The notes: a model not told the origin generated them from the sequence alone. Counted from the first letter of the stretch, positions 11,185-22,886 are shown. The stretch: 37,366 bases of DNA from Octopus sinensis (GCF_006345805.1 NW_021834095.1:1-37366), one strand, 5' to 3'. Numbers and translations are program-made.

Positions 11185-11500
11185 ATTAGAAAGTTTGGAG
11201 ATGATGCACATGTATTTTATATTAGAAGAAATGAGGTACTCAGAAATTCGGATGGTTTTATATTTACAGATATTTATTTGTATATTATATGTTTTTATAC
11301 ATCATATAACTTATATTAGCGCGTTCGTCCATTCTGGTGGATTTTTCAGTTTCATTTGAAAAATCGACCAGAATGGACGAAAGCGCTAATATATGATATA
11401 TGATATAAGTTATATGATGTATAAAAACATGAAATATACAAATAAATATCTGTAAATATAAAACCATCCGAATTTCTGAGTACCTCATTTCTTCTAATAT
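11185..11500. mobile_element. Palindromic non-coding element with an HHR-like motif in each arm (Penelope pLTR-like)
   Basis: 11219 to ~11348 is the reverse complement of ~11355-11500. Each arm has (C/T)TGAAAA-ATC(C/G)-accagaat-GGAC-GAA(A/C)-GCGC-TA. One-sided ~34 nt extension; sits in (TA)n. Confidence 0.7.
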
Positions 11501-11749
11501 ATTTATATATATATATTTTTTTTCTCTAGTTTCAGCTCAGAGCTGCGGCCATGCTGATGCACCGCCTTTTTGTGCTACACTGTTATTACGAAGATCCTCG
11601 TCTAATATGTAGCACTTGGTGAAGAATGGAGTTTGATATAGCTACTCTCATTTGCACCTCTTGCCGTCAGGTAGGTTCATCTGGGACTCTCGACAGGAAG
11701 ATGTCCAGCTTTGATTTAAAAACCGCTACATCTACTTTGTGCAAGTTCC

Positions 11750-13423
11750 TCAGACTCTTTGGGAGAATATTAAAAAGCTGTGGGCCTTTGAAACCCAGGC
11801 TGTTGCAGAAGCTGGTCTTCTCTCCAGGGAGTAGAGTCTTAGCTGTTTCAACCTTTCCCAGTAGCTGAGATGTTGCAAAGAAACGATCTTCTTTGTGAAT
11901 TTTCTCTGGATTGCTTCAAGGTCCGCTGTTAATTTTACACTGGTGGGTGACCATAGCTGTGAGCAGTAATTCAGGCGGCTGAGGACGAATGTCCGCCAGA
12001 GGACCATCATGGTTTCCTTATCTCTGGTTCTGAATGTTCTTAGGATCCACCCAGCCAGTCGTCTGCACTTTGTCGCCATCCTGGTAATGTGCACTTGGAA
12101 AGAGGTATCATCACTCATGTCGATACCCAGGTCCCACACAGACTTAGGCTTTGGGATTGAAATTCCCTGTGGACCGGTGTATCCTGTAAGTTTAATATTC
12201 AGTTTTGGATGCTGGTAGCGCAGGGCCTGGAATTTTTCAGCATTAAACTGCATATTATTATCCTCAGCCCATCTGTAGATTGAGTCCAACTCCTGCTGCA
12301 GGTGTGCAACATCGCTGGGGTTCTGTATTTTCTGCGAGACTTTCGTATCGTCTGAATAGCTGGCCAGAGTGGCTATCCGGGCATTTGAGGGCATATCTGA
12401 GAGGACCACTATAAAAAGCAGTGGTCCCAAAACAGTGCTCTGTGGAACACCGCTCACTATTTGTGTGTTCATAGAGGTGGCTCCATTAACCACTACTGCC
12501 TGACTCATATCTTTCAGGAAGTCATGTAACCACACTCCAAATTTTCCAGCTATGCCGAGTCACGCAGTTTGTGGCATATCATACCATGATCCACCTTGTC
12601 AAAAGCTTTTGCAAAATCAATGTAGATTACGTCTACATTTGATTTGTTGAGTAACTGCCTCAGCATCCAGTCATAATGTTGTAAGAGCTGGGTCAAGCAG
12701 CTCCTACCTGGTCGAAAAGCATGCTGGGTATCACTCAGCAAGTTATTTTCCTCAAGGAATGCGATTAGTTTTTTATCTGACTATCCGTTCCATGACTTTG
12801 CTGATGTGTGAAGTCAGAGAGATAGGCCTATAGCTTTTGGCATCTGCTTTACTTCCCCCTTTATGTATTGGGCATATTATTCCCTCCTTCAGCTTGCTTG
12901 GCAGTTTGCCATTCGCAAGAAAGCTCTGGAAGAGAATCTTGAGGGGTTTTGCCAGGGCATGCTTACACGCTTGGAGGAGGATGGCCGGGAAACCATCTGG
13001 ACCAGCAGCTGAGTTTGTGTCCACTTCATCTATGGGTAGTAGGACATCTTTTTCGCTAATGTCAATACATTCTGTTGTAACCGCCTCGCTGGTTATAGGT
13101 GAGGCGGCAAAGAAGTCCACTGGTTCGTTCACTTGTCTGTGTTCCAACGGGGTGGTAAAGACACTTTTGAACTGGTCATTCAGCATCTCACTGATCTTAG
13201 TTGGACTGTCTGTGAGGGAGCCATCCTTTTGGAGGAGGAGTCCTATCTTGTAGTGCACTGAGACTGTTTCTTTCGCGTAATGAAAGAAGGCCTTTGGGTT
13301 TGATTTAATGTTTTTTATAACCCAGGCTTCTTTGTCTGCTTTCTCCTTCACATAGGATTGTTGCAGCCTTTTTTCGATCTCCATCAGTGTTGTTTTTGGG
13401 TTGTTGGTTGAGACGAATTGCAA
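11750..13423 (-). pseudogene. LINE ORF2 reverse transcriptase (split into ORFs 12773-13423, 12550-12741, 11750-12535)
   Basis: AAGPDGFP, SYRPISLTSHISKVMER, QHAFRPGRSCLTQL, YIDFAKAFDKVDH, SGVPQSTVLGPLLF, YSDDTK (YADD variant), NYCSQLWSP, SLERR. Confidence 0.93.
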
Positions 13424-13619
13424 CCTTCATCCGTCGTCTCATGAGAATCTTCCTGTCTCTTGGAATCTTGCTCCTATTTGATTTGGCCTTGTGCTCTGGG
13501 ACATATTTCTGGCATACAGCTTGCACAGAAGACATGAAGCATTCTAGTTTCATGACAATGTCTGGTGTGGAGAGACATTCCGGCCAGTCCTCTCTGAGGA
13601 TCTCTTTTTGGATTGATTT

Positions 13620-14400
13620 TCAATCTGCTTTGTGGAAGTTCAGATTGGAGAGATTTCGGGTGCTTCCTTTAGGCTGTATGTCTCTTGTTACTTTTGGCCC
13701 TAACATAGACAGCTCTATTATGTTGTGATCCGAAACTGATGTCGGTGTCACTTTCACATCATGAATGATGTCCATATTGTTCGTTAAGCAGAGATCCAGA
13801 ATGTTATTCCCCCTAGTTGGCTTGAGTACAACTTGCTCCATGAATAATGCATTGGTGAGGTTGAGCAGGGACTCCACCTGTACTTGCTTGCAATGATTCA
13901 TTCCTGAGAGTATGTGACCTTCGGGCCATTTGACGTTGGGGAAGTTGAAATCACCCATAAGAAATATGGTCACGTGGTGTTCCAGATTCATGAGGATTTC
14001 TTTAATTCTTGTGAGGCAATCTTCAAACTTGCCTATGGGATTTGGGGCATCGGGTGGGAAATATGTATTGCATATGACTATATTATGTTGTCTTATGTAT
14101 ACAATTAAAGTGTCACATACCGAATTTGAGTATGTCATTAAGACCTGTGGTGTAAGGTCATCTCGGATGTATACAGCAACTCCACCATGGCTCCCTTCCC
14201 TTCTGTCTGTTCGCAGTATGGCATAGTTTGGTATGTGTACTTCTGCGTCCTCTATATCAGGGTTGAGGCGAGTTTCCACAAGTGCTATGCATAGGGCTTG
14301 ATTGCATGCAGTAAGATCTCTCAGGAAAGAAATTTTGTTTCTATTTTGATGCAACAGGCCCCCAATATTTAGTAAAAGTATTGGGGTGACGGCTGTGCAG
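13620..14400 (-). pseudogene. LINE ORF2 APE-type endonuclease
   Basis: LNIGGL, IALVETRL, RTDR..HGGVAVY, MGDFNFP, PTRGNNILDL, SDHN. Confidence 0.92.
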
Positions 14401-15019
14401 GCGTTAGGGGAGGGCATCCCGTGTCTGTTGACTGTGGTGGTCTTGCATAGTGGTGGGCAGGGTTCCTTCTCTGTGTTTGGTGTAGCCAGGTTAGCTGCCG
14501 GACAATTCTTTGCGCCATGCATAAAAAAGACTCTTTTTCAGCTGCTGCGTTGCGCAGAACATCTGAGGAGCGCACTTCGTTTTTGAAAGTTTTCCTGGGA
14601 GACTTTTCTTGTGTTCCCTCGGTAAAGCTTTTCTCTTTGAGTCCCCTGAAGTTCTGGCGGGGTGTCGGGTGGGCGAACCGGCAGTTTTTGCCGTCCTCAC
14701 CATGCCAACATTTGTCCCGCAGGTACAATTTACAGGTTCTTCGGTGCCTTCCAGATTTCTTCTTTCCTGAAGTGTACTGGGTGGCATTGGATCCTCCATG
14801 GGGTTCTCTGCTGTTTGTGTGGTGGGTTGGGGTTTCAGCTTTGGTTGTTTTGCCTTTTCCTTCTTTTCCCTCCTTATTTTTTTTTCGGTCCTTCCCTTTT
14901 TCTTCTGTTTTTCTAATTTTTCATTTCTTTGTACGACCATTGGTACAAGGGATCTTCCGGTTTCTGCTCCTTTGGCACCCCTATCCTTCACTACCTGGTC
15001 GTTCACCGGGGTAGGTGAT

Positions 15020-15071
<52 letters not shown>

Positions 15072-15101
15072 ATTACAGTTGAAACACTCCTGTCACAACC
15101 T

Positions 15102-15145
15102 GGGACCTTGAAGACTGCTATAATGCAAGAAAGTATACTAGTCCC
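15102..15145 (+). ncRNA. Minimal type-I hammerhead-like motif
   Basis: GGGAC-c-TTGAAGA-cTGC-tataat-GCAa-GAAA-GTATAC-TA-GTCCC: 5 bp stem I, palindromic stem III. Confidence 0.6.
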
Positions 15146-15301
15146 TTAATATTTGATATTCAGTATTTCATCTATTGAATAAGACAATCAATACTTCATT
15201 TTATTTTTACCTATAATATACTATTTAACTATATATTCTATATTCTACATTAATATTATAAAGAATATAAATAAAACATAAAAAACAGAGTTGGAATTTC
15301 T

Positions 15302-15354
<53 letters not shown>

Positions 15355-15479
15355 TATATATATATATACATATTTGTGTGTATTTGTGTGTGCGTGTGTG
15401 TGCCCGTATATCTGTGCAAAGTCGACTTGCTCCTTCCCCGATACATCAGGCTTCATGCTCATAGTAGAAAGGATTATTT

Positions 15480-16048
15480 TAATTTTTGGGGTTTGTCTCA
15501 CTTTTGGTCATATTCTTGGTAGGACTTTTGTGGGTAGAGGATTACTACCTATAACCTTAGGTATCCACAAGTTCTCATTAGTCTTTCAAGTGCTTAGAAC
15601 ACTCCTGATAAACCTTGCTGTCTCTAAGAGACGAACTTTCTGTAGAAGCTCTACCGATCATTCTATTCCATTTTCCTTCAGTCATTTCTCTATATTTTGG
15701 TTTACTGTTCCCCACGCACTAATTATTATAGGCACGACCTTTACTGTTCTTATGCTCCATATTCTTCTTATTTCAAATTTTAAGGGACTGCATTTTTTCC
15801 GTCCTCTACCATTACGATCCTGGAATCAAACGGGCATCATGTCTCGATTAGTAGGCATCTTCGCTTTTCCTCATCTATAATTCTTATGTCCAGTCTATTT
15901 TTTTCTAATTTCTTGTCCGTTTGAATAGAACAATCCCACAAATCTTACATTTCTTCGACTGTAGTACTGTTTCGACTCGGTGACTGTACCATGTATTTTT
16001 CAAGTCCTCATTTCTGGCACAGGTCGTGCCTCCATTTTTTATATTCTT
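15480..16048 (-). mobile_element. R4/Dong-like LINE 3' fragment (RLE domain), decayed
   Basis: KWRHD..LWDCSIQTDKKLEKNRLDIRIIDEEKRRCLLI..IRRIWSIRTVKVVPIIISAWG..LLQKVRLLETARFIRSVL, with stops and frameshifts. Confidence 0.8.
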
Positions 16049-16059
16049 CCAAATATATA

Positions 16060-16531
16060 CGGTTCTATATTTTGAGACGAGGAATTATGTACTTCATTTA
16101 CATTTGACTGATATTTGTTCTCATCTTATTTGTTGTTATCACAATGTTTCGGCTTATATACCCTACAGCCGTCTTCAGGTGTCCTGGAGAAATTTCGAAC
16201 CTGGGTTCTCACTCCTAAGGTATTTTTTAATGTTGTTATTATTATTATTCAGGTCACTGCCTACAATTGAACTCGGAATCTTGAGGTTACAAGCCTGCTT
16301 TCTTAACCACTACACCACGGGCATATGCGGGCTTCTAACACCAAGATTCCGAGTTCAATTCCAGGCAGTGCCCTGAATAATAATGATGATAATAATAATA
16401 ACATTAAAAATAACCTTAGGATTGGGAAATCAGGTTCGAAATTTCCCCAGGACACCTGAAGAAGTTTTGAGAAACGTTGTGTTAACAACAAACAAGATGA
16501 GGACAAATATCAGTCAAATGTAAATAAAGTA
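16060..16531. mobile_element. Palindromic tRNA-head + hammerhead element, copy A
   Basis: Arms 16089 to ~16315 and ~16320-16532 are reverse complements. B-box GAGTTCAATT in both arms; HHR cores at 16139-16183 (-) and 16451-16484 (+); TSD CCAAATATATA at 16049 and 16532. Confidence 0.8.
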
Positions 16532-16771
16532 CCAAATATATAGTGCGTGTGTTTTTATTGGCTAAACTAGCAGCATCCCTAAAAACATCAAAATCTGAGT
16601 CAACACACGAATTCAAATCATGAATCTTGCAAAACGTATATATATATATATGCATATAATATACATGTGTATGTATGTATGTATTTATGTATTAATGTAT
16701 GTATATATATATATATGTACATATGTATATGCATATACATGTGTGTCTCTCTCTATATATAGATATGTACA

Positions 16772-16992
16772 TATTTCTTTACTACCCACAAGGGGTTATA
16801 CACAGAGAGGACAAACAAGGACAGACAAACAGAGTAAGTCGATTATATCGACTCCAGTGCGTATCTGGTACTTAATTTATCGACACCGAAAGGATGAAAG
16901 GCAAAGTTGACCTCGGTGGAATTTGAACTCAGAACGCAACGGCAGACGAAATACCGCTGAGCATTTCGCCCGGCGTGCTAACGATTCTACCA
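16772..16992 (-). mobile_element. SINE family B
   Basis: Matches 9607-9830 and 36971-37208. Confidence 0.85.
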
Positions 16993-17037
16993 TTTATATA
17001 TATATATAAATGGATGAATGAATTATCCTTTGTTTAT

Positions 17038-17451
17038 GCAGGAGTGGCTGTGTGGTAAGTAGCTTGCTAACCAACCACATGGTTCCGGGTTCAGTCCCAC
17101 TGCGTGGCATCCTGGGCAAGTGTCTTCTGCTATAGCCCCGGGCCGACCAATGCCTTGTGAGTGGATTTGGTAGACGGAAACTGAAAGAAGCCTGTCGTAT
17201 ATATGTAAATATATATATATGTATGTGTGTGTGTGTTTGTGTGTCTGTGTTTGTCTCCCTAGCATTGCTTGACAACCGATGCTGGTGTGTTTACCTCCCC
17301 GTCACTTAGCGGTTCGGCAAAAGAGACCGATAGAATAAGTACTGGGCTTACAAAGAATAAGTCCCGGGGTCGATTTGCTCGACTAAAGGCGGTGCTCCAG
17401 CATGGCCGCAGTCAATGACTGAAACAAGTAAAAGAGTAAAATAGTAAAGAG
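17038..17451 (+). mobile_element. tRNA-derived SINE family A, full length
   Basis: A-box TGGCTGTGTGGTAAG and B-box GGGTTCAGTCCC; body and tail as 1-373. Confidence 0.9.
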
Positions 17452-17521
<70 letters not shown>

Positions 17522-17886
17522 TCTTAATTGATATTCTGTCTAACAGGTTCTCTCCCGTTTTCTTCCATGAATTGTATGTCTACCAATTTAAACATAGACA
17601 TAGGCATACATATATAATATATATATATATATTATATACACAACACATATACTCACAGATGCAGACATATATATTTTTCCCAGTTCTTGTTTTATGTCAT
17701 ACTTTATTTACTTTTTCTTTTTTTTCTTTCTGTGCTTCTTGTCGGTTTAGTCTTCACACGTTTATCCTTGATAATTATCTAGACGAGTGGCCATATTTCA
17801 CACACAGACTCCGCCAGTCAGATTGCACCTGCCTTAGAACGTGGTGGCCTGCCTCTATTTGTAGTATGTATCTATGTGCGCAAATG

Positions 17887-17925
<39 letters not shown>

Positions 17926-18039
17926 TGAGAGAGGGGAGAGAGTGAACTTTGCTGTAAAAATACAAATCCATTTGTCTGTATGTCGGTCTGTCTGTTTGTA
18001 TGCATGTATGCTGGTGTGTGTGTGTGTGTGTGTGGATGT

Positions 18040-18150
18040 GGATGTGTGGTAAGAAGTTTGCTTCCCACCCACATGGTTCCGGGTTCAGTCCCACTGCATG
18101 TCCCGTTTGGGGAAACAGATGTCTTCTACAATAGACTCGGGCTGACCAAG
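18040..18150 (+). mobile_element. SINE family A head fragment
   Basis: TGTGTGGTAAG..CCACATGGTTCCGGGTTCAGTCCCACTGC. Confidence 0.7.
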
Positions 18151-18169
18151 ACCGCCCTACCTTTATAAC

Positions 18170-20160
18170 CACATTGGTATCTAGAAGGCAGCTGATTTCT
18201 ACAATAGAGCATAATATCTTTTCTTTGTGATCTCATGCAAGAATTATCTGGCCGGTTTGTTTCACTTGGCAGCCATTTAACATCTAAATTCCACCAATAT
18301 TCTTTCGACAGTTCGGTCTCAGTATAGTCAAATTCGTTTGTAGGTGTTTTCTTTTTTTTTTGTCTCCCTGTTCCAGACTGTTCTAGCCATTACATAAATA
18401 CCTCCTGGAAAAAATATCTGGAAGACATTTGCATTTGGAAATCATGTGGTTAATTAATGTTATCTGTCTTGGTTTACATTTGTTTGTCTACCAATGTCTT
18501 CTGTCTTTAATTCTCTAAGTACTCTGTGCGAATCTCATGTTCTTGAATTGCATGAAGGTAGTCCTTGAAGTGGGGTGTCATAAATTTGTCCGTATTTGAC
18601 GCCAAGCTTTTGATATGATTAGTCCCTTCCGTGGTTTGTGCTTTTAGTACCTAGTACACATCTACTATCGTATCAGTGAAATAGTTCACTTCTTTTTTAT
18701 TTTGTTCTCCCGATAAATATATTTTACCAATACTCTTTGATGAGAGATTTGTATCAGCTATTATCGCGTACCTCTCCTCAAGTTCATTAGCTATCCAAAT
18801 TATGTTATTGATTTCACGTTCACAAACTTGGTTGAGATTGTTACAGGGTCACTTTCCTTTGCTGCAGATGATGGTTCGGTGTCGCAGTACTTGCTTCATA
18901 TGAAGTTAATGCAAATCCGAGACGACGGCCACCCTCCTTGCTTGGAAAGTATAGCCTGTCTACATTTCTATTGATGTTGAAGTTTCCTGCCACATTGAGC
19001 AGCTTGCAACTTCGAAAGTCTATCTCAATGTGTTCTTATAGTAACCAGTTCAGAAGGCCAAATGTAGGCGCAAGGACAGGCATTGCAAATGTGTTGTGGG
19101 CACTTTGCTTGTTGCAAGCTCGGAGTTCTGATGAAAAGTATTCTCTTTATTCTCCTGGGGAGTTTATTCCCGATCTTCACTTATTTCTGGGCCCATAATA
19201 ACTTACATCCTCTCATCTTGTCCAACATATCTATAGTTTCCACCTGACTATAGAAGTTCTGTTCGTCTCAAGCCGTTCAATTTTAGCTCTTCAGAAGAGG
19301 CACAACTTTTCAAGTTCTATTTTCAAAAATACACACCTTGGCTCATCGAATTTCATTCCCAATGTCTGTAAAATATTGAGTAATGAGGTCCAATTGGTAT
19401 TGTTTCTTTTTTTTATGCGGCTGATGTTCGTTTGGTACTTACAGTTTCAGGTCGTATACAAAGAAAAGATGGGGAGAATTTTATGATCCATTTCTATGGC
19501 CATTTATATTGGAGCAGTATGGGTTTGGTCTAAGGAAGGCGAAATGATGGGCTATATGACATCATGTTAGAGGTGACCGAATTATCAGTTCTAAGGAACA
19601 CCGTGGTGTACCAAGTCTTGACCAGACGTTCACTAATACTCATTAATTTTTGTGTGATTTCGGTGAACTGTTAATCCTTCATAATCCAATCATATGGTAT
19701 ACTAACAAATGCTTTCTGGTACCCCAGCCTACTACGGTTAAATTTCTCCGATTTATTATTTGTTTTTGCTTTGTTTTCCGGAGTCATTAGCTATTGTATG
19801 CAGCCCCACATTTCCTTCTTTCCTCCAACTTACTCAGGTGTTATAATGTTGGTAAAATATGAACCTGCAAGAACAGCGTGTTATTTCTACACGATGTTTG
19901 GCTGGCAATTGGGCAGTAATTTTTATCAAGTTTGGTGTGGCTATTTCAGGGTAAAGTAACTGCTGTTGATAAATATTGGGGCAGTTCTCGTATGTCTTTG
20001 ATACGTCCTCCATACAACTGTGTGAGATCTCGCCAATAAAAGGAAACATTCTTCAACCAGTAAACTGTTAAAAGATCGAGGCTTGGGTATTACCTGTTTG
20101 ATATTTTCTGTAGAACTGCCTCCAATATTTGGCCACGTATATCATATTGCATTTATCTAT
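18170..20160 (-). mobile_element. R4/Dong-like LINE, heavily decayed RT to RLE region
   Basis: Frameshifted motifs NYCPIA, GGKKEMWGCIQQL, YQKAFVSIPYDWI near 19680-19920, and WWNLDV..NRPD near 18245-18300. Confidence 0.7.
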
Positions 20161-20387
20161 GAACCGATAGATGTATATATATATATATATATTAGAAAAA
20201 ATGAGGTAATCAGATCAGATGGTTCATATTTGTAGATATTGTAGATATATCTATATATATATATATATATTATTAATATATATAATGTATATATATACGT
20301 GGTATGTATGTATATATGTATGTATGTATATATATATATATATATATAGATATATTATATATATATATATTTATAATATATATATAT

Positions 20388-20440
<53 letters not shown>

Positions 20441-20442
<2 letters not shown>

Positions 20443-20827
20443 TCTATCGGTTCAACAGGTAATACCCAAGCCTCGATCTTTTAACAGTTTACTGGTTGAA
20501 GAATGTTTCCTTTTATTGGCGAGATCTCACACAGTTGTATGGAGGACGTATCAAAGACATACGAGAACTGCCCCAATATTTATCAACAGCAGTTACTTTA
20601 CCCTGAAATAGCCACACCAAACTTGATAAAAATTACTGCCCAATTGCCAGCCAAACATCGTGTAGAAATAACACGCTGTTCTTGCAGGTTCATATTTTAC
20701 CAACATTATAACACCTGAGTAAGTTGGGGGAAAGAAGGAAATGTGGGGCTGCATACAATAGCTAATGACTCCGGAAAACAAAGCAAAAACAAATAATAAA
20801 TCGGAGAAATTTAACCGTAGTAGGGCT
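20441..20827 (+). repeat. Near-identical inverted duplicate of 19726-20097 plus 20161-20173
   Basis: Identical 71 aa and 62 aa ORFs on opposite strands. One substitution noticed (T at 19824 vs its counterpart G at ~20728). About 63 bp (20098-20160) is absent from the right arm. Confidence 0.95.
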
Positions 20828-20932
20828 ATAGCGATATATTATATGTGTGGTGTGTGTAAATATATATTATATATATATATATATATATATCTATATATAG
20901 ATATATATATATATATATATATGTATGTATAG

Positions 20933-20971
<39 letters not shown>

Positions 20972-21989
20972 TTAATATATATAATATATATATATATATA
21001 GATATATAATACATATACATATTTAGTGGTTTTTTAGCCCTTAAAATTCACCTATAGTGGTTTTTTAGCCCGCAAAATTATATAGTTATAGCCCAATTTT
21101 CGTCTGGAGAGTTTGTCTCTTCTCTGAGTTTCAATTTTCTATGCTAGGCTACTGGTTTTAAATTGATGTTAATTAAATTAATATTCAATTTATCTCCCTC
21201 ATTACTTAAATGTTATATATATATATATGTATACATATATACATACAGTCATGTAAATATATATGAGTGTTTTTGTGGGGAATATACAGACCTAAATAAA
21301 GACATACGCAGATACCCACACTTGTTTGTAGAAATAATATATATATATATATATTATTATATATATTTAATAGACAAGTGTGCGTATCTTCGTCCGTCTG
21401 TATTTAGGTGTGTATATTTCCCACTAAGACACTCATATATATTTATATATATATATATACACGCACAAACACACAAAATTCAATTAGCAGATATATAAGT
21501 AACCAGACCGAAACCAACCCCCAAATGAGACGCAAGCTAGACTCAAGCGACCAAACAAAACATCTTTACTCCAAATAAGCCCTCATTTATTTGCACTGAC
21601 AAGCAGCTAATGACGCAGAGGAAACCAATTTGAAACAATGTGCTTCATTACTAATAAATAATAAAGGAACTCAGCAATACAGGACAACAATAAGTACGAC
21701 GATAACGACAAAATAGAACTGACCAGCGATGGAGTCACTCTGTAAACTTCCGACATCCTAGAAATAACAGCTAAATCACTTTTAAACCTGGTCCAATTCT
21801 TTGTCGAAATGTAGGATGCTAAATGGAATGAGGCTGAAACGTAAAATGAAGAGAAAAGAAAACTGTGAATTACAGAAGATGGAATTGTTAGTTATTTGCC
21901 TTTCATAACTTCGGGATTATGAATGACACGGGGTTGAACAAGAGCCACTGCAATAAGGGGGCCCCAAAAGCGAAAGTAGGTCTCAATGC

Positions 21990-22107
21990 TCATCACCACT
22001 TATTATCATCATCGTTATCACTAACACCATCACTAATACCAACACCAGCACCAACATCATCATCATCAGCAGCAGCAGCATCATCACCATCATCATCGTC
22101 GTCGTCG

Positions 22108-22162
<55 letters not shown>

Positions 22163-22210
22163 CATCATTATCACCATCATCATCATCATCATCACCATCA
22201 TCATATCATC

Positions 22211-22244
<34 letters not shown>

Positions 22245-22333
22245 TACCGTCATCAAGTTCATCAGCATCATCATCATCATTATTATCGCTGTAGCCGTCA
22301 TCATTATCATCACACGCCATCATCTTCATTATC

Positions 22334-22384
<51 letters not shown>

Positions 22385-22480
22385 TCAACACCTTCACATC
22401 GTCATCAACACTACCACCACCACCAACAACCCACCATCACGATCGTAATTATCTAATTAACGCGTCATCATCATCATCAT

Positions 22481-22516
<36 letters not shown>

Positions 22517-22526
22517 AATCACCATC
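21990..22526. repeat. (CAT)n/(AAT)n/(CAC)n low-complexity tract
   Basis: Seen directly. Confidence 0.95.
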
Positions 22527-22697
22527 GTTTTTGGCACCCTCGTCGCTGTCATCTGCTGTTGAGGCCTATCTATGTCATTTACCTTCATCGCCGTATGTGG
22601 TTGCACATTATAAATACCCTCGTTAACAAGGGATCAGGTCAATTCAGTACAATGTAGTCATTATGTTATAATCAGGACATTGGTAATTATATGTAGC

Positions 22698-22755
22698 TTT
22701 GTTGTTGTTGTTGTTGTTGTTGTTATTGCTGTTGTGCTTATTATTATTATTATTA

Positions 22756-22795
<40 letters not shown>

Positions 22796-22821
22796 CATTA
22801 CAATTATTATTATTATTATTA

Positions 22822-22856
<35 letters not shown>

Positions 22857-22886
22857 TCATCATTATTATTATATTCATCATTATTA

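Larger units (their letters stand above)
11524..15020 (-). mobile_element. CR1/L2-group LINE, near full length, inactivated
   Basis: In order on minus: CCCH zinc finger, APE endonuclease, RT, C-terminal region and short 3' tail. Several stops, frameshifts and internal deletions (~11820, ~13400). Both ends abut (TA)n. Confidence 0.92.

Noticed and set aside
11750-14522. Active LINE or domesticated RT
   Set aside because: ORF2 is broken by stops, frameshifts and deletions.
15302-15880. 192 aa plus-strand ORF
   Set aside because: Starts in (TA)n and is the antisense shadow of the R4-like fragment.
19771-20781. Identical ORF pairs on opposite strands suggesting a sense/antisense gene system
   Set aside because: By-product of the inverted duplication of decayed LINE sequence.
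21919-22482. 187 aa Ser/Ile/Asn-rich ORF
   Set aside because: Translation of (CAT)n/(AAT)n microsatellite, open only because the repeats lack stops.
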